From NCBI GenBank assembly GCA_965207075.1, contig CBDBLO010000002.1:1792001-1856000 (forward strand): DNA of 64,000 nucleotides, written 5' to 3'. Position numbers and translations under genes: made by a program. This document shows, one piece after another, positions 9,557 to 19,577 of this stretch (position 1 is its first letter; each line of letters opens with the position of its first letter). The stretch comes from Nitrosopumilus sp. GTDB lineage: Archaea; Thermoproteota; Nitrososphaeria; Nitrososphaerales; Nitrosopumilaceae. Below the pieces are notes generated by a model, which was given only the letters and a program-made list of their open reading frames with translations, made no database searches and had not been told where the DNA came from.

Positions 9557-9763
9557 ATGTCAGTACTGGCAGGCCTCGCCGGGTTCATAGCAGGACAAGA
9601 GTGGATAATACTGGTCATCGTCGTGGTGGTGCTCATCTTTGGAGCAAAGAAGATACCAGAGCTTGCAAAGACTATGGGCAAGGCCAAGGGCGAGTTTGAA
9701 AAGGGCAAGATAGAGGGCGAAAAGGAGCTAAACGACTTCAAGGACAAGGAGCAAAAGCAGTAA
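9557..9763 (+). CDS. tatA: Twin-arginine translocase subunit TatA
   Basis: TM segment followed by FGAKKIPELAKTMGKAKGEFEKG. Confidence 0.95.
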   Translation: MSVLAGLAGFIAGQEWIILVIVVVVLIFGAKKIPELAKTMGKAKGEFEKGKIEGEKELNDFKDKEQKQ

Positions 9764-9952
9764 CCCTGCCGCCAGCGTCACATGCTACTCCACCGTTATC
9801 GCTTCAGTATCGAATCGCCATAGTCGGCCGCAGGCGCCCCCCCCCCCCCAGGCCATGGACGGCGCCGGATCAAACTGGAATTATACCTCACGCGGGCATC
9901 CCAAAAGACTGCGCGGCATGGCACCCACGGACAGAGTGTGAGCAGGCAGGGA

Positions 9953-10477
9953 TCATGAGCCATCACTGCTGCTGCTGCCGTCACTGCTGCTGTCCTCTTC
10001 CTCCTCTGCGGCCCGCGCGAGTTCCGCCATTATCTGCGCAAAGGATTCCTCAAGTGAGTCACGGCCGCCTCCCAGCCACGAGGGCATGCCGAGGCGGCCC
10101 GTCCTCAGTTCGACTGCGGTGGTGATTACAGTGCGGGGCCTCGGGGGATGCGCGGCCGATGCGCCCGGGTCGGGCTTTGCGTGCCCTGCCGCGCCCGCAA
10201 GCTCGTGTACGACGTGCGAGCCCTTGGCGTCGCCCCCGATCACGAACGTCTCGTGTCTGTACGGCGGCGTCGCCACGTGCTTTGCCATCAGCACCAGCTC
10301 ACGCCCTCCCAGCACGACGTGCTCCTCGGCGACCGAGGTGTCGCCCCGAACCGACATTATACGGACCGACGGGTAGTGATGCGGTATCAGGTCCTGGTAC
10401 GACCCCGGGTTGCAGACCGTCGCATACGTGGACTCGAGCCCGGCACTTGCAACGGTGGTCAGCGAGAACCGCGGCAT
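9953..10477 (-). CDS. SRPBCC/START-like (polyketide cyclase) protein
   Basis: Y.DLIP.HYPSVRI.SVRGDTSVAEEH...VIGGDAKGSH pattern. Confidence 0.65.
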   Translation of the reverse strand: MPRFSLTTVASAGLESTYATVCNPGSYQDLIPHHYPSVRIMSVRGDTSVAEEHVVLGGRELVLMAKHVATPPYRHETFVIGGDAKGSHVVHELAGAAGHAKPDPGASAAHPPRPRTVITTAVELRTGRLGMPSWLGGGRDSLEESFAQIMAELARAAEEEEDSSSDGSSSSDGS

Positions 10478-10481
10478 GCCG

Positions 10482-11057
10482 TCACACCCGCGGTGGCGCC
10501 CCCCACCGGACATACAGCTCGTGCTCTATCCCGAACTGGTCCAAGCACTTGCCGACCGTATGGTCTATCATGTCCTGAATGGTGCCGGGCTTGGTGTAGA
10601 ACTCCGTGACGGGCGGGAGAATCACAACCCCGAGCCGCGCCAGCCCTAGCAGGTTATCAAGGTGGATGGCCGACAGTGGCGCCTCCCTTGCAACCAGTAC
10701 CAGCTTCCGGCACTCCTTTATCGTGACGCCGGCAGCCCTTGCAATCAGGGTGTCGTCATACCCGTGCGCGACTGCAGACGCGGTCTTCATGCTACACGGG
10801 GCCACAACCATGCCGTCTGTAATGTGCGTCCCGCTAGATATCGCAGATGCCATGTTGGCGTCATCGGACGTGGCGGTGGCAAGGGCCTTTACATCAGACG
10901 GCGAATAATCAGTCTCCATCGAGACGCACTTGGAGGCCCACTCGGACATTACGAGGTGCGTCTCAACCCCAAGGTCCCTGAGCACCTCCAACAGCCTGAT
11001 TCCGTATATGGCGCCCGTGCTTCCGGTCATGCCGACTGTAAGCCTGCGGGGCCGCAT
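10482..11057 (-). CDS. ubiX: Flavin prenyltransferase UbiX
   Basis: VGMTGSTGAIYG, ISSGT, APCSMKT, LVAREAPL, FYTKP. Confidence 0.95.
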   Translation of the reverse strand: MRPRRLTVGMTGSTGAIYGIRLLEVLRDLGVETHLVMSEWASKCVSMETDYSPSDVKALATATSDDANMASAISSGTHITDGMVVAPCSMKTASAVAHGYDDTLIARAAGVTIKECRKLVLVAREAPLSAIHLDNLLGLARLGVVILPPVTEFYTKPGTIQDMIDHTVGKCLDQFGIEHELYVRWGAPPRV

Positions 11058-11120
11058 GCCACCCATGGGTATGATAGGGATGCATGCTATTTTAGGCATT
11101 GCAAGCGGCCGCGCGGCCGG

Positions 11121-12167
11121 TCACCGGGGGACTATGCGCCCCGAGCCGGCAATGCGGATAGGCTCGGCCTCCGGCCTGAGGATGACGGCCGTGTCGCCGT
11201 GGTGGTATGTGACCGGTTTTGCAAGGCTCAGGGAGATCCTGCAGGGGCCCGGGAGATTGTGGTCGCCGCCGTCACCTGCACTGCCGCCAGAATCACCATC
11301 ACGCGATACGCCCGAGACCGTCGCGGCCCTTGCCTGCAGGCCCACCGACACGATGCACCCCTGCCTCTCGGACAGTCCGGCCTTGTAGAACCGGTTCGGC
11401 GTGTAGTCCAGCACCAGATCCGTAGAGTCTACAATCGCGTCGTTGCCGGCCGCCGACAGGATGTCGCCGCGCCGCACGTCCTCGGGCTTTGGGCCCTTTA
11501 CTGCCAGCCCCACGCGTGCGGGGCATGACGCAGTGCCGACGGGATCATCGTGCATCTGTATGGACTTTACCAGCGCCTCGGAGCCAGACGGATGCAGCGT
11601 CAGCGTGTCATACTGGCTTACGGAGCCGGACGTCACCCTGCCGAGTATTACCGCCCCCACCCCCTTTACGTCAAACGAGTGGTCTACCTCAACCTCGGCG
11701 GGCCGCCCGTGCGCCCCCTCTGAGCCTGCTGAAATGTCCCCGGCCAGTGGAGGCAGCGCGTCTACTGCCTGCGCCAGCTCCGACGCGTCCACCCTCCTGT
11801 AGTTCTCAACTACGGTCCCCCTTATCATGGAGTCCAGCCTGCCCTCGTCGACATCGTACGTGTGGCACAGTATGCCGTCCTTTCTGCCGAGGGTGTCCAG
11901 GGCGACGATCTGCTCTCCCGTAAAGCGGTCCAGCGCATCGACATGAAAGATCACGTACTCTGACATCAAGATGGCCTGGAACAAGGGGGGGATCTTTTCT
12001 GGAAACCCCGTTGCCACCACCCACGTCCTTACGATGTCGCGCGCCTTTTTGTCGTGGATGGTGATGTCAGAGGACGTGCCCGCCTTGCCGAACTCTAGCG
12101 CGGTCTCCTTGCGGCCCAGGACGCAAAAGTTGACCGACGCCGGCCCCTCCCGTTTGCCAGAAGCCAT
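11121..12167 (-). CDS. Archaeal SelB-like / EF-Tu domain-II protein with degenerate G domain
   Basis: VDHSFDVKGVGAVILGRV, VKSIQMHD, RVGLAVKG, VRRGD; no canonical P-loop. Confidence 0.85.
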   Translation of the reverse strand: MASGKREGPASVNFCVLGRKETALEFGKAGTSSDITIHDKKARDIVRTWVVATGFPEKIPPLFQAILMSEYVIFHVDALDRFTGEQIVALDTLGRKDGILCHTYDVDEGRLDSMIRGTVVENYRRVDASELAQAVDALPPLAGDISAGSEGAHGRPAEVEVDHSFDVKGVGAVILGRVTSGSVSQYDTLTLHPSGSEALVKSIQMHDDPVGTASCPARVGLAVKGPKPEDVRRGDILSAAGNDAIVDSTDLVLDYTPNRFYKAGLSERQGCIVSVGLQARAATVSGVSRDGDSGGSAGDGGDHNLPGPCRISLSLAKPVTYHHGDTAVILRPEAEPIRIAGSGRIVPR

Positions 12168-12207
12168 GCAGGGCCGGCGCGACGTGCCCTTAAGAGTCAG
12201 CCGATCG

Positions 12208-13173
12208 TTACGGGAACGACTGCAGGGCGTCGGCGTAGCTTGCAAACCGGTGGTTTGCAGGGCGCAGCAGCCTCTGTCGGTACTTGGAGGCCGTAACCGG
12301 CACCCCCTTCTTGCGGCCGCGCTGCGGGCCGCGGCGGGCCCCGGCGCGGGAGGCGGCGCCGCGCAGGCCCAGCGGCCCGACGCCGCCGGGGAAGAACTCT
12401 TCTGATTCGGCCTGGAGCAGGACGTCGTCGGACGGGGCGTAGCAGTTTACCAGCCTGCCGCGTACGGTGTGGTCTATCGCGCTCCGCGCCGCCGCACCAT
12501 CCTGCACGTCCGCAGGCAGGGACGAGCCGAAGAGGTGCACGCTCTCTATGATTCCGCGCGATGAGGGGCGCAGTCCGGCGGCAACAGAAGCGGCAGCGGC
12601 CGCTGCCCCGTCAGGCGCGGCAGGTGGGCCTCCCAGCGAGCCGTAGGCCAGGTGCATCATGCAATGGAATACCACCTCCGAGCCAAGCGAGTGCCCGAGG
12701 AGCCGCACCCTTGTGTCCAAGTTTGCCCGGTCCCGCTTGAAGTCAGTTACAAACCTGGCAAGATGCCTGCCGTTTGCCCTTGCAATGCGCCTGCCGGCCT
12801 CAAGGGCCCTGCGCTGGTGCCTCCTGACGTGCGCGCCCAGCGTGTTCGAGTCATAGCTGAACCCCGCCACGGGCGGCAGCTGCTTGCCTTTCCGGGCGCC
12901 GCGGCCCCCGCGGCCCAGCCGGGCGAGCATGTCCCTTGCAATTACCACCTTCTCCAAGGCGCCCCGGTCGTCGTTGCGAAGCCCGTGTACCATTACGACG
13001 AGTTCGGGCGAGCCGCGGATTACGTCCTCAAAGTAGCGGCGCGGGTACAGCCGGTACGTCACGCCCGGGCGCAGGGCCCTGCCGTCAACCAGATTGTAAC
13101 AGCCGCGCGTGGTGATTCGCGGCACGCGGTTCGCGCGCACGGCGTTTTGCAGGGGTTCATGTCCGGGAATCAT
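12208..13173 (-). CDS. Alpha/beta hydrolase (DUF726/DUF900-like)
   Basis: VHG oxyanion motif, GHSLG nucleophile elbow, D.VL and terminal H; ATGA overlap with metG. Confidence 0.75.
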   Translation of the reverse strand: MIPGHEPLQNAVRANRVPRITTRGCYNLVDGRALRPGVTYRLYPRRYFEDVIRGSPELVVMVHGLRNDDRGALEKVVIARDMLARLGRGGRGARKGKQLPPVAGFSYDSNTLGAHVRRHQRRALEAGRRIARANGRHLARFVTDFKRDRANLDTRVRLLGHSLGSEVVFHCMMHLAYGSLGGPPAAPDGAAAAAASVAAGLRPSSRGIIESVHLFGSSLPADVQDGAAARSAIDHTVRGRLVNCYAPSDDVLLQAESEEFFPGGVGPLGLRGAASRAGARRGPQRGRKKGVPVTASKYRQRLLRPANHRFASYADALQSFP

Positions 13174-15125
13174 TGCGGTTCGCGCGAGTGGTTGCCGTCT
13201 TTGCTGCCGCGGTTACCCCCGGAGTCGGTGGCGGGGTCGGTTGTAGAACTATTATCATCATCACCACCATCACCATCACCATCACCATCACCACCACCAT
13301 CACCACCACCATCATCAAAGCGCCCAAGCTGCTCCTTGTGCCTCTTGATCTCGTCGTCCTCGACGCGCGCAAAGAGGGGGGAGACGGAGCCGAGTCGGTG
13401 GCCCGGCTTTATGAGGATGTCCGACGCGCCGCCCCACGCAGAGTCCTCGGGGCTGCCGTCCAGCCCAAGCTGGCCCCATATGCGCACGGCCGACTCCGGG
13501 AGGAACGGGCACACCGTCACTGCAATCGATCTCACCGCGTTGATTGACAGGTACATGCACGTCTGGGCAGACTGCATATTGCCTGCTGCCGTTGCCGCCG
13601 CCCCCTCGGACCCCTGCTTGGGGACGGCCTTCCACGGTTCCTTGTGCTGAAAGTACTGGTTGAAGTGTGACGAGAACGCCATTATCTTCTTGAGCGCCCT
13701 GTCAAGGTGGTTCTGGTCCATCAGCGCGCCGGTCTCGGCCGCAAGCCCGGCGATCCGGGACGCGGCCTCCTCGTCCATGTCGTCGAACGGGCCGGGCTCC
13801 GGCACCACGCCGTCGAACTTCTTGGCGGTGAACCCAAGCGCCCTGTTGACCAGGTTGCCCAGATTTCCTATGAGCTCGGCGTTTATCCTGGCCGCAAACT
13901 CGTCCCAGTCGAAATTCAGGTCGTCCTGCGAGTACGGGTTTATGGCCACCAGATAGTACCGGAGATAGTCGGCCCGGAAATGCTGGAGAAACTCGCGCAG
14001 CCCGATGTACCAGTTGCGGCTCTTTGAGATCTTTCTCGACTGCAGCGTCAGGTGCCCGCGCGTCGGGACATAGTCGGGCAGCTTGAACTCGGAGTTTATG
14101 CCCAGCCTCATCGCGGGGAGGAACAGGTAGTGGTGGTATACTATGTCCTTGCCGATGAAATGATAAATGTCGGCCGAGTTCCAGAACTCTTTTCCGTTCA
14201 TTCCCTTCGACTCGAGGAACTCCATCGCGGACGATATGTACGCAAGGTGGTTGTCAAACCAGCCGTAAAAGACCCGGGGAGCCCCGTCGCCGTCACGCCG
14301 CGGCGGCACCGGCACCCCCCACGGTATGTCGCGGGTGATGTCCCAGTCCGAGAGCCCGGAGGTTATCCAGTTCTGCACGTACCGCTTGACGTCGGCCTGG
14401 AGGTTCTCGTTGCCCTCAAGCCAGGACGAGAGCGGGCCGGCAAAGCTGCTCAGGCGGAAGAACGCGTGGGAGGAGCGCCTCTTTGTCGGGGCGGCCCCGC
14501 ATATGGAGCACTTTGGGTCGGATATCTCCTCAGGGACGCGGCCGCAGGCCTCGCAGAGGTCAGAGTACTGGTCGGGCGCCCCGCAGTAGGGGCACGTGCC
14601 CCTGACGTAGCGGTCGGGCAGGAACTTTGAGTCGTATTCGCAGTAAAACTGCACCACGTCCTGCTCGAATATGTGCCCGGCCTCGTCAAGCTTTGCAAAC
14701 ACGTCCTGGACGAACTCCACGTTGCGCTCCGAACTGGTCTGCGAAAAGTAGTCAAACCGGATGCCAAACGCCTCAAAGTCCTCCCTGTCCCTCCTGTTCC
14801 ACCTGCTCACGTACTCCCGCGGCGTTACGCCCTCCTTTTCGGACTGTATCAGGATGGGCGTGCCAAAGTCGTCGGACGCGCATACATAGTACGCCTCCGT
14901 CCCCGCCATCCTCAGGTAGCGGCACGTGACATCGGCCGGAAGGTACGTGGACGCGACGTGTCCCAGGTGTATCTCGCCGTTTGCGTACGGGAGGGCGCTC
15001 GTTATTATGGCCCTGCGGCGCGGCGTGCCGGATGCGGGCTGCGCGCGTCCGGGCCCTGCCGTGGGCGGACGGGCGGATCCCGGCGTGCCGCCTGTCGTCG
15101 ATTTCATGAACTGGATGTGCGGCAC
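13170..15125 (-). CDS. metG: Methionine--tRNA ligase (short form, low-complexity C-terminal tail)
   Basis: ALPYANGEIHLGH, Zn knuckles, IGKDI, KISKS. Confidence 0.97.
   Translation of the reverse strand: MPHIQFMKSTTGGTPGSARPPTAGPGRAQPASGTPRRRAIITSALPYANGEIHLGHVASTYLPADVTCRYLRMAGTEAYYVCASDDFGTPILIQSEKEGVTPREYVSRWNRRDREDFEAFGIRFDYFSQTSSERNVEFVQDVFAKLDEAGHIFEQDVVQFYCEYDSKFLPDRYVRGTCPYCGAPDQYSDLCEACGRVPEEISDPKCSICGAAPTKRRSSHAFFRLSSFAGPLSSWLEGNENLQADVKRYVQNWITSGLSDWDITRDIPWGVPVPPRRDGDGAPRVFYGWFDNHLAYISSAMEFLESKGMNGKEFWNSADIYHFIGKDIVYHHYLFLPAMRLGINSEFKLPDYVPTRGHLTLQSRKISKSRNWYIGLREFLQHFRADYLRYYLVAINPYSQDDLNFDWDEFAARINAELIGNLGNLVNRALGFTAKKFDGVVPEPGPFDDMDEEAASRIAGLAAETGALMDQNHLDRALKKIMAFSSHFNQYFQHKEPWKAVPKQGSEGAAATAAGNMQSAQTCMYLSINAVRSIAVTVCPFLPESAVRIWGQLGLDGSPEDSAWGGASDILIKPGHRLGSVSPLFARVEDDEIKRHKEQLGRFDDGGGDGGGDGDGDGDGGDDDNSSTTDPATDSGGNRGSKDGNHSREPQ
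13254..13317. repeat. ATC/ACC microsatellite encoding the Gly/Asp tail of MetG
   Basis: atcatcatcaccaccatcaccatcacc... with codon choice unlike the surrounding gene. Confidence 0.9.
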
Positions 15126-15138
15126 ATTGGTTAAAAGC

Positions 15139-16407
15139 CTACCAACTCTCCGCGTACTGGGACTGCTCCTTGGTGAGCCTGTCTATCCTGACCCCCAGGG
15201 CGCCGAGCGCGTCGACGGCCACCTGCCTGTCTATCGACTCGGGCACGTTTAGTATCTCGTTTTTCATGTTCTGGTGGTTCTCCAGTATGTACATTACGGA
15301 GCTCAGCTGGTTTGAGAACGACTGGGCCATCACCTCCGGCGGGTGCCCCTCTGCCGCGACCAGGTTTGCAAGGCGCCCCTTGCCCACAAGGTAGACCTTT
15401 TTGCCGTTCTTCAGGACGCACTCGTCGAGGCTGGGCCTGACCTGCCGGACCGACCGGGAGCGGTTCAGCAGGTAGTCGCTGTCAATCTCCACGTCAAAGT
15501 GCCCCACGTTTCCCATAACGGCAGAGTCCGGCATCCGGTCTATGTGCTCCCTTGTGATGACGTCGCGCATGCCCGTGCAGGTTATGAACACCTGGCCCGT
15601 CCTGCACGCCTTTGACATGGGCTCGACGTCGAACCCGTCCATGAACGCCTCGAGGGCCCTTACCGGGTCGACCTCCGTCACCACCACGCGCGAGCCCATG
15701 CCGCGGCACCGGGCGGCCACGCCCTTGCCGACCCAGCCGTACCCGGCAACCACCACGCGCTTGGATGCCATCAGCAGGTTCATGGCCCGCAGGTAGCCGT
15801 CAATGGTCGACTGTCCCGTCCCGTAGCGGTTGTCAAAGAGGTGCTTTGTGTGGGCCTCGTTTACCAGTATCACCGGATAGCGCAGCTTGCCCTGCTTCTG
15901 CACGGCGCGTATGCGGTTGACGCCCGCGGTGGTCTCCTCCGTGGCCCCCTTTATGTCAAGTTTGGAAAAGCGCGGATCAAAGTGCGCCATTATGTTCATG
16001 TCGGCCCCGTCGTCCACCAGTATGGAGGGCTTGTGCCCCAGCACCTTTGAGATGCACCAGTCGTACTCCTTCTGGGTCTCGGTGCTCCACGCGTAGGTGT
16101 GTATGCCCTGCGACGCCAGAAACGTGGCAATGTCGTCCTGGGTGGTGAGCGGGTTGCCCCCGCAGCAGGCCACCTCGGCCCCCAGGCCCTTGAGGCCCAT
16201 CAGCAGGACGGAGGTCTCCTTTGTGATGTGCAGGCACAGCCCGACCGTAACGCCCCTGAGGGGCTTGCCGTCGCCCCTCTTCTTGAGGCGGGATATGGTA
16301 TTGTCGAGTATCTGCATGTGGGACCTGGCCCACTCGTACGAGGTCCTGCCCTGCCGCTCAAGTTTGGCCCCTCCCTTTACCTTGCTCAATGCTGGCCCCG
16401 CCGGCAC
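15139..16407 (-). CDS. ahcY: S-adenosylhomocysteine hydrolase (start may be TTG at 16389)
   Basis: CLHITKET, DDGAD, EETTAG, FDNRYGTGQS, GYGWVGKG, GHFDVEID, GHP. Confidence 0.98.
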   Translation of the reverse strand: MPAGPALSKVKGGAKLERQGRTSYEWARSHMQILDNTISRLKKRGDGKPLRGVTVGLCLHITKETSVLLMGLKGLGAEVACCGGNPLTTQDDIATFLASQGIHTYAWSTETQKEYDWCISKVLGHKPSILVDDGADMNIMAHFDPRFSKLDIKGATEETTAGVNRIRAVQKQGKLRYPVILVNEAHTKHLFDNRYGTGQSTIDGYLRAMNLLMASKRVVVAGYGWVGKGVAARCRGMGSRVVVTEVDPVRALEAFMDGFDVEPMSKACRTGQVFITCTGMRDVITREHIDRMPDSAVMGNVGHFDVEIDSDYLLNRSRSVRQVRPSLDECVLKNGKKVYLVGKGRLANLVAAEGHPPEVMAQSFSNQLSSVMYILENHQNMKNEILNVPESIDRQVAVDALGALGVRIDRLTKEQSQYAESW

Positions 16408-16688
16408 ATGCTATAAAATCCTATACGGCGCCGCGGCGCCGCAGCCGCCACCCCGGCGGGATCCGGCAAAACTGCCGGGCGGCGGGAGACTCCGTGGGAG
16501 GGACAGTGCGGTGACGCGCAGTACCGGGGTTTTTCCGCCGGGCTTCGGATTCTCCTATTCCTACTATGCCAACCGTGACATTGACGCGTATGTGCGCCGA
16601 TCACAGGCCTCCCCATTTGCACCGGCCGGCTCACAGCTTCCGGCCCCGGGCCAAACAGTCTAAATACGCGCCCTGCGCGCGCACACTC

Positions 16689-16991
16689 ATGGCATGGAGG
16701 AAGATCGCCCAGAAGGGAGACGTGCAGCCGGGCAAGGGCAGGTCCTTTGAGGTGGACGGCAGGCAGATTGCGCTCTTCAACCAGGATGGATACCACGCCA
16801 TGGACGACTTGTGCGTGCATCAGGACGGATCCATCGCGCCGGGCAAGCTTGAGGGAGACATCGTAGAGTGCCCTCTGCATTTCTGGCACTACAACATCAG
16901 GACCGGCGAGCTCAAGGATTACATGAAGGACGTAAAGCTGCAGACGTACGCGGTGGACGTAAGGGACGACGGCATATACGTCGACGTGTAG
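16689..16991 (+). CDS. Rieske [2Fe-2S] ferredoxin
   Basis: CVH and CPLH Rieske ligand motifs. Confidence 0.92.
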   Translation: MAWRKIAQKGDVQPGKGRSFEVDGRQIALFNQDGYHAMDDLCVHQDGSIAPGKLEGDIVECPLHFWHYNIRTGELKDYMKDVKLQTYAVDVRDDGIYVDV

Positions 16992-17096
16992 TGCGCGCGG
17001 CCCGAGTGATAAATGCCGGCGTCCCCCGGTGCGGCGGCGACAGCAACAGCTACAGCAACATAACCTTTATTCTGATACGGGGCGCCCGGTGTCACG

Positions 17097-17909
17097 TTGG
17101 GCGCGGACATCACATCGGAGATCACGGGGCAGGACTATGGCCGCATAGCGGGCCGCATACGCGGCTACATCCGGCAACGGATCTCAGAGGCGCGCGCAGA
17201 CGGGCTCGTGCTGGGCCTCAGCGGGGGGATCGACTCGGCGGTGCTGGCGTACCTGTGCAGGGCCGATGGGCTACTTGAGAAGACCCTCGCGATAATGATG
17301 CCGGACACGACGGTAACCCCCGAGTCGGAGACGGCCGACGCCCAGAGGATAATATCGATACTGGGCATGCAGCACAAGCTCGTGGACATAGCCCCCATAC
17401 TGCGCGAGTACAGCATGTACCTGGAGCCCAACGCGGACGCCAGGGCCAACCTCGCCGCAAGGGTCAGGTCAAACATACTGTACTATTACGCAAACGCAAA
17501 GAACCTGCTGGTCCTGGGCTCAAGCGACAGGAGCGAGCACCTGATCGGATACTTTACCAAGTACGGCGACGGCGCGTCCGACGTGGCCCCGATAGTCTCG
17601 CTCTACAAGCTGCAGGTAAGGGGGCTGGCAGAGCACCTGGGCGTGCCGGACGCCATAATACGGAAGAAGAGCAGCCCGTTCCTGCGAAGGGGGGATGGGG
17701 CGGAGGCCGAGATTGGCGCCACGTACGAGGAGATCGACTCCGTGCTGTGGTGCGCCATCGAGAAGGGGATGCCTGTAGAGGCGGCCGCGGAGGCGGCCCG
17801 GGTCGACGTTTCAAGGGCGCAGAACATACTGGAGATGAACCGCTCAAGTGGGCACAAGAGGGGGCCGCCGGCCAAAGAGAACCTCGGGCAGACGTACGAC
17901 GTCAGGTAA
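17097..17909 (+). CDS. nadE: NH3-dependent NAD+ synthetase
   Basis: GLSGGIDSAV, N..ARVR, GYFTKYGDG. Confidence 0.96.
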   Translation: MGADITSEITGQDYGRIAGRIRGYIRQRISEARADGLVLGLSGGIDSAVLAYLCRADGLLEKTLAIMMPDTTVTPESETADAQRIISILGMQHKLVDIAPILREYSMYLEPNADARANLAARVRSNILYYYANAKNLLVLGSSDRSEHLIGYFTKYGDGASDVAPIVSLYKLQVRGLAEHLGVPDAIIRKKSSPFLRRGDGAEAEIGATYEEIDSVLWCAIEKGMPVEAAAEAARVDVSRAQNILEMNRSSGHKRGPPAKENLGQTYDVR

Positions 17910-17929
17910 CAGGGTGGAGGAGCAGAGGC

Positions 17930-19396
17930 ATGGCGGCAGGCGACGGCAACAGCAGTGGCGCAGGCGGCATCACGATACACGACACGCTCTCCGGGAAGAG
18001 GTCAAGCCTGTCAGAACAGGGCGCCAATGCCGTGTCGATATACCTGTGCGGCGTGACGGTATACGACGACGCGCACATAGGCCACGCAAGGACCATCATA
18101 ACGTTCGACGTCCTGAGGCGCCACCTCGAGGACAGGGGGATACAGGCCACGATGGTGCAGAACTTTACGGACGTCGACGACAAGATAATAGCGCGGGCGC
18201 GAGACGAGGGGGTACAGGCCTCGGAGCTTGGCGAGAGGTACATCAGGAGGTACCACGAGGAGTTTGAGAGGCTGAACGTGCTCAAAGCCGACTCGTACCC
18301 GAGGGCCACGGAGCACATACCGGACATCATAGGGTTCATCGAGGATCTTATCGGGGGGGGTGCTGCATACGTGGCAAAAAACGGCGTCTATTTTGCAGTG
18401 TCGGAGTTTGCGCAGTACGGCAAGCTTTCCGGGAAAAAAACGGACCAGCTGAGGGCCGGCGCCCGCATCGAGGTAGACGAGGCAAAGCGCGATCCGCTCG
18501 ACTTTGCCCTGTGGAAGTTCGACTCCGGGCATCCGTCGTGGGACAGCCCGTGGGGGGCGGGGCGCCCCGGCTGGCACATAGAGTGCTCCGCGATGAGTAC
18601 GAAATACCTGGGCGACTGCATAGACATACACGGAGGGGGGCGCGACCTGATATTCCCCCACCACGAGAACGAGATAGCCCAGTCCGAGACCCGGACGGGC
18701 GGCATGTTTGCCAGGATATGGATGCACGTGGGAATGGTGACGATCGGCGGCGAGAAGATGTCAAAGTCGCTTGGCAACATCAGGTCGGTGAGGCGCGCGC
18801 TGGAGGACTGGGGCCCAAACGTGATCAGGCTGTTCTGCCTGTCAGGCCACTATTCAAAGCCGGTGGACTATTCGGATGAAAACCTACGCGAGAGCCTTGC
18901 AAAGTGGCGCCAGATAGAGGCGTGCCACTACGAGCTGATGCACGCGGCGGGAGATGCCGGCGGCAAAGGCGGGGGCGGCCCCGGGGATGCCGACGCCGCA
19001 GGCAGGCTGGCCGACGCGGGGGGCAGGTTTGACGCCGCGCTAGACGACGATCTCAACACGCACCTGGCAGTGTCGGCGGTGATGGACGTGGTGTCTGACG
19101 CAAACGCCATGGCCGCGGGCTGCGCGCTGGACCCGGGGTGGGCGGCCGGCGCGGAAGCGGAGCTCTCAAGGATGTCCCGGATTCTCGGCCTGAGGGTGCC
19201 CGACATGGATCCTGCCGAGGCCGCGGCAATCAACTCCGAGGTAGAGGCGCGCAACGGCCTGAGAAGGCAGGGTCGATACGAGGAGGCCGACGCGGCAAGG
19301 GACGGGCTCAGGGCGCGACACGTGGAGCTCTTTGATCGCGGGGACAAGACTGTGTGGGTCAAGCGGGAGAAAATAGGGGCAGACGGCAGAAGCTAG
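17930..19396 (+). CDS. cysS: Cysteine--tRNA ligase
   Basis: CGVTVYD..HIGH, GRPGWHIECSAM, FPHHENE, KMSKS. Confidence 0.97.
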   Translation: MAAGDGNSSGAGGITIHDTLSGKRSSLSEQGANAVSIYLCGVTVYDDAHIGHARTIITFDVLRRHLEDRGIQATMVQNFTDVDDKIIARARDEGVQASELGERYIRRYHEEFERLNVLKADSYPRATEHIPDIIGFIEDLIGGGAAYVAKNGVYFAVSEFAQYGKLSGKKTDQLRAGARIEVDEAKRDPLDFALWKFDSGHPSWDSPWGAGRPGWHIECSAMSTKYLGDCIDIHGGGRDLIFPHHENEIAQSETRTGGMFARIWMHVGMVTIGGEKMSKSLGNIRSVRRALEDWGPNVIRLFCLSGHYSKPVDYSDENLRESLAKWRQIEACHYELMHAAGDAGGKGGGGPGDADAAGRLADAGGRFDAALDDDLNTHLAVSAVMDVVSDANAMAAGCALDPGWAAGAEAELSRMSRILGLRVPDMDPAEAAAINSEVEARNGLRRQGRYEEADAARDGLRARHVELFDRGDKTVWVKREKIGADGRS

Positions 19397-19577
19397 CGCC
19401 CGGCGCATTTGGCGGAGCGGTATGCGAAGTGGCGGCAGCCGAGCATAGCTGCGTTCTTACTTGGCGGAAAGACAACTGCGCGACGGCCGCAGACGCGCGC
19501 AGCAGCGGCGCCGGGTTTGCAGGACAGTTTAATTTTTTCTTGCCGGAAAAGTAAATGCGTCAAATAATTAATGTTTT

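Noticed and set aside
11121-12167. Selenocysteine decoding system
   Set aside because: No tRNA-Sec, selD or convincing in-frame UGA selenoprotein in the window; the G domain is degenerate
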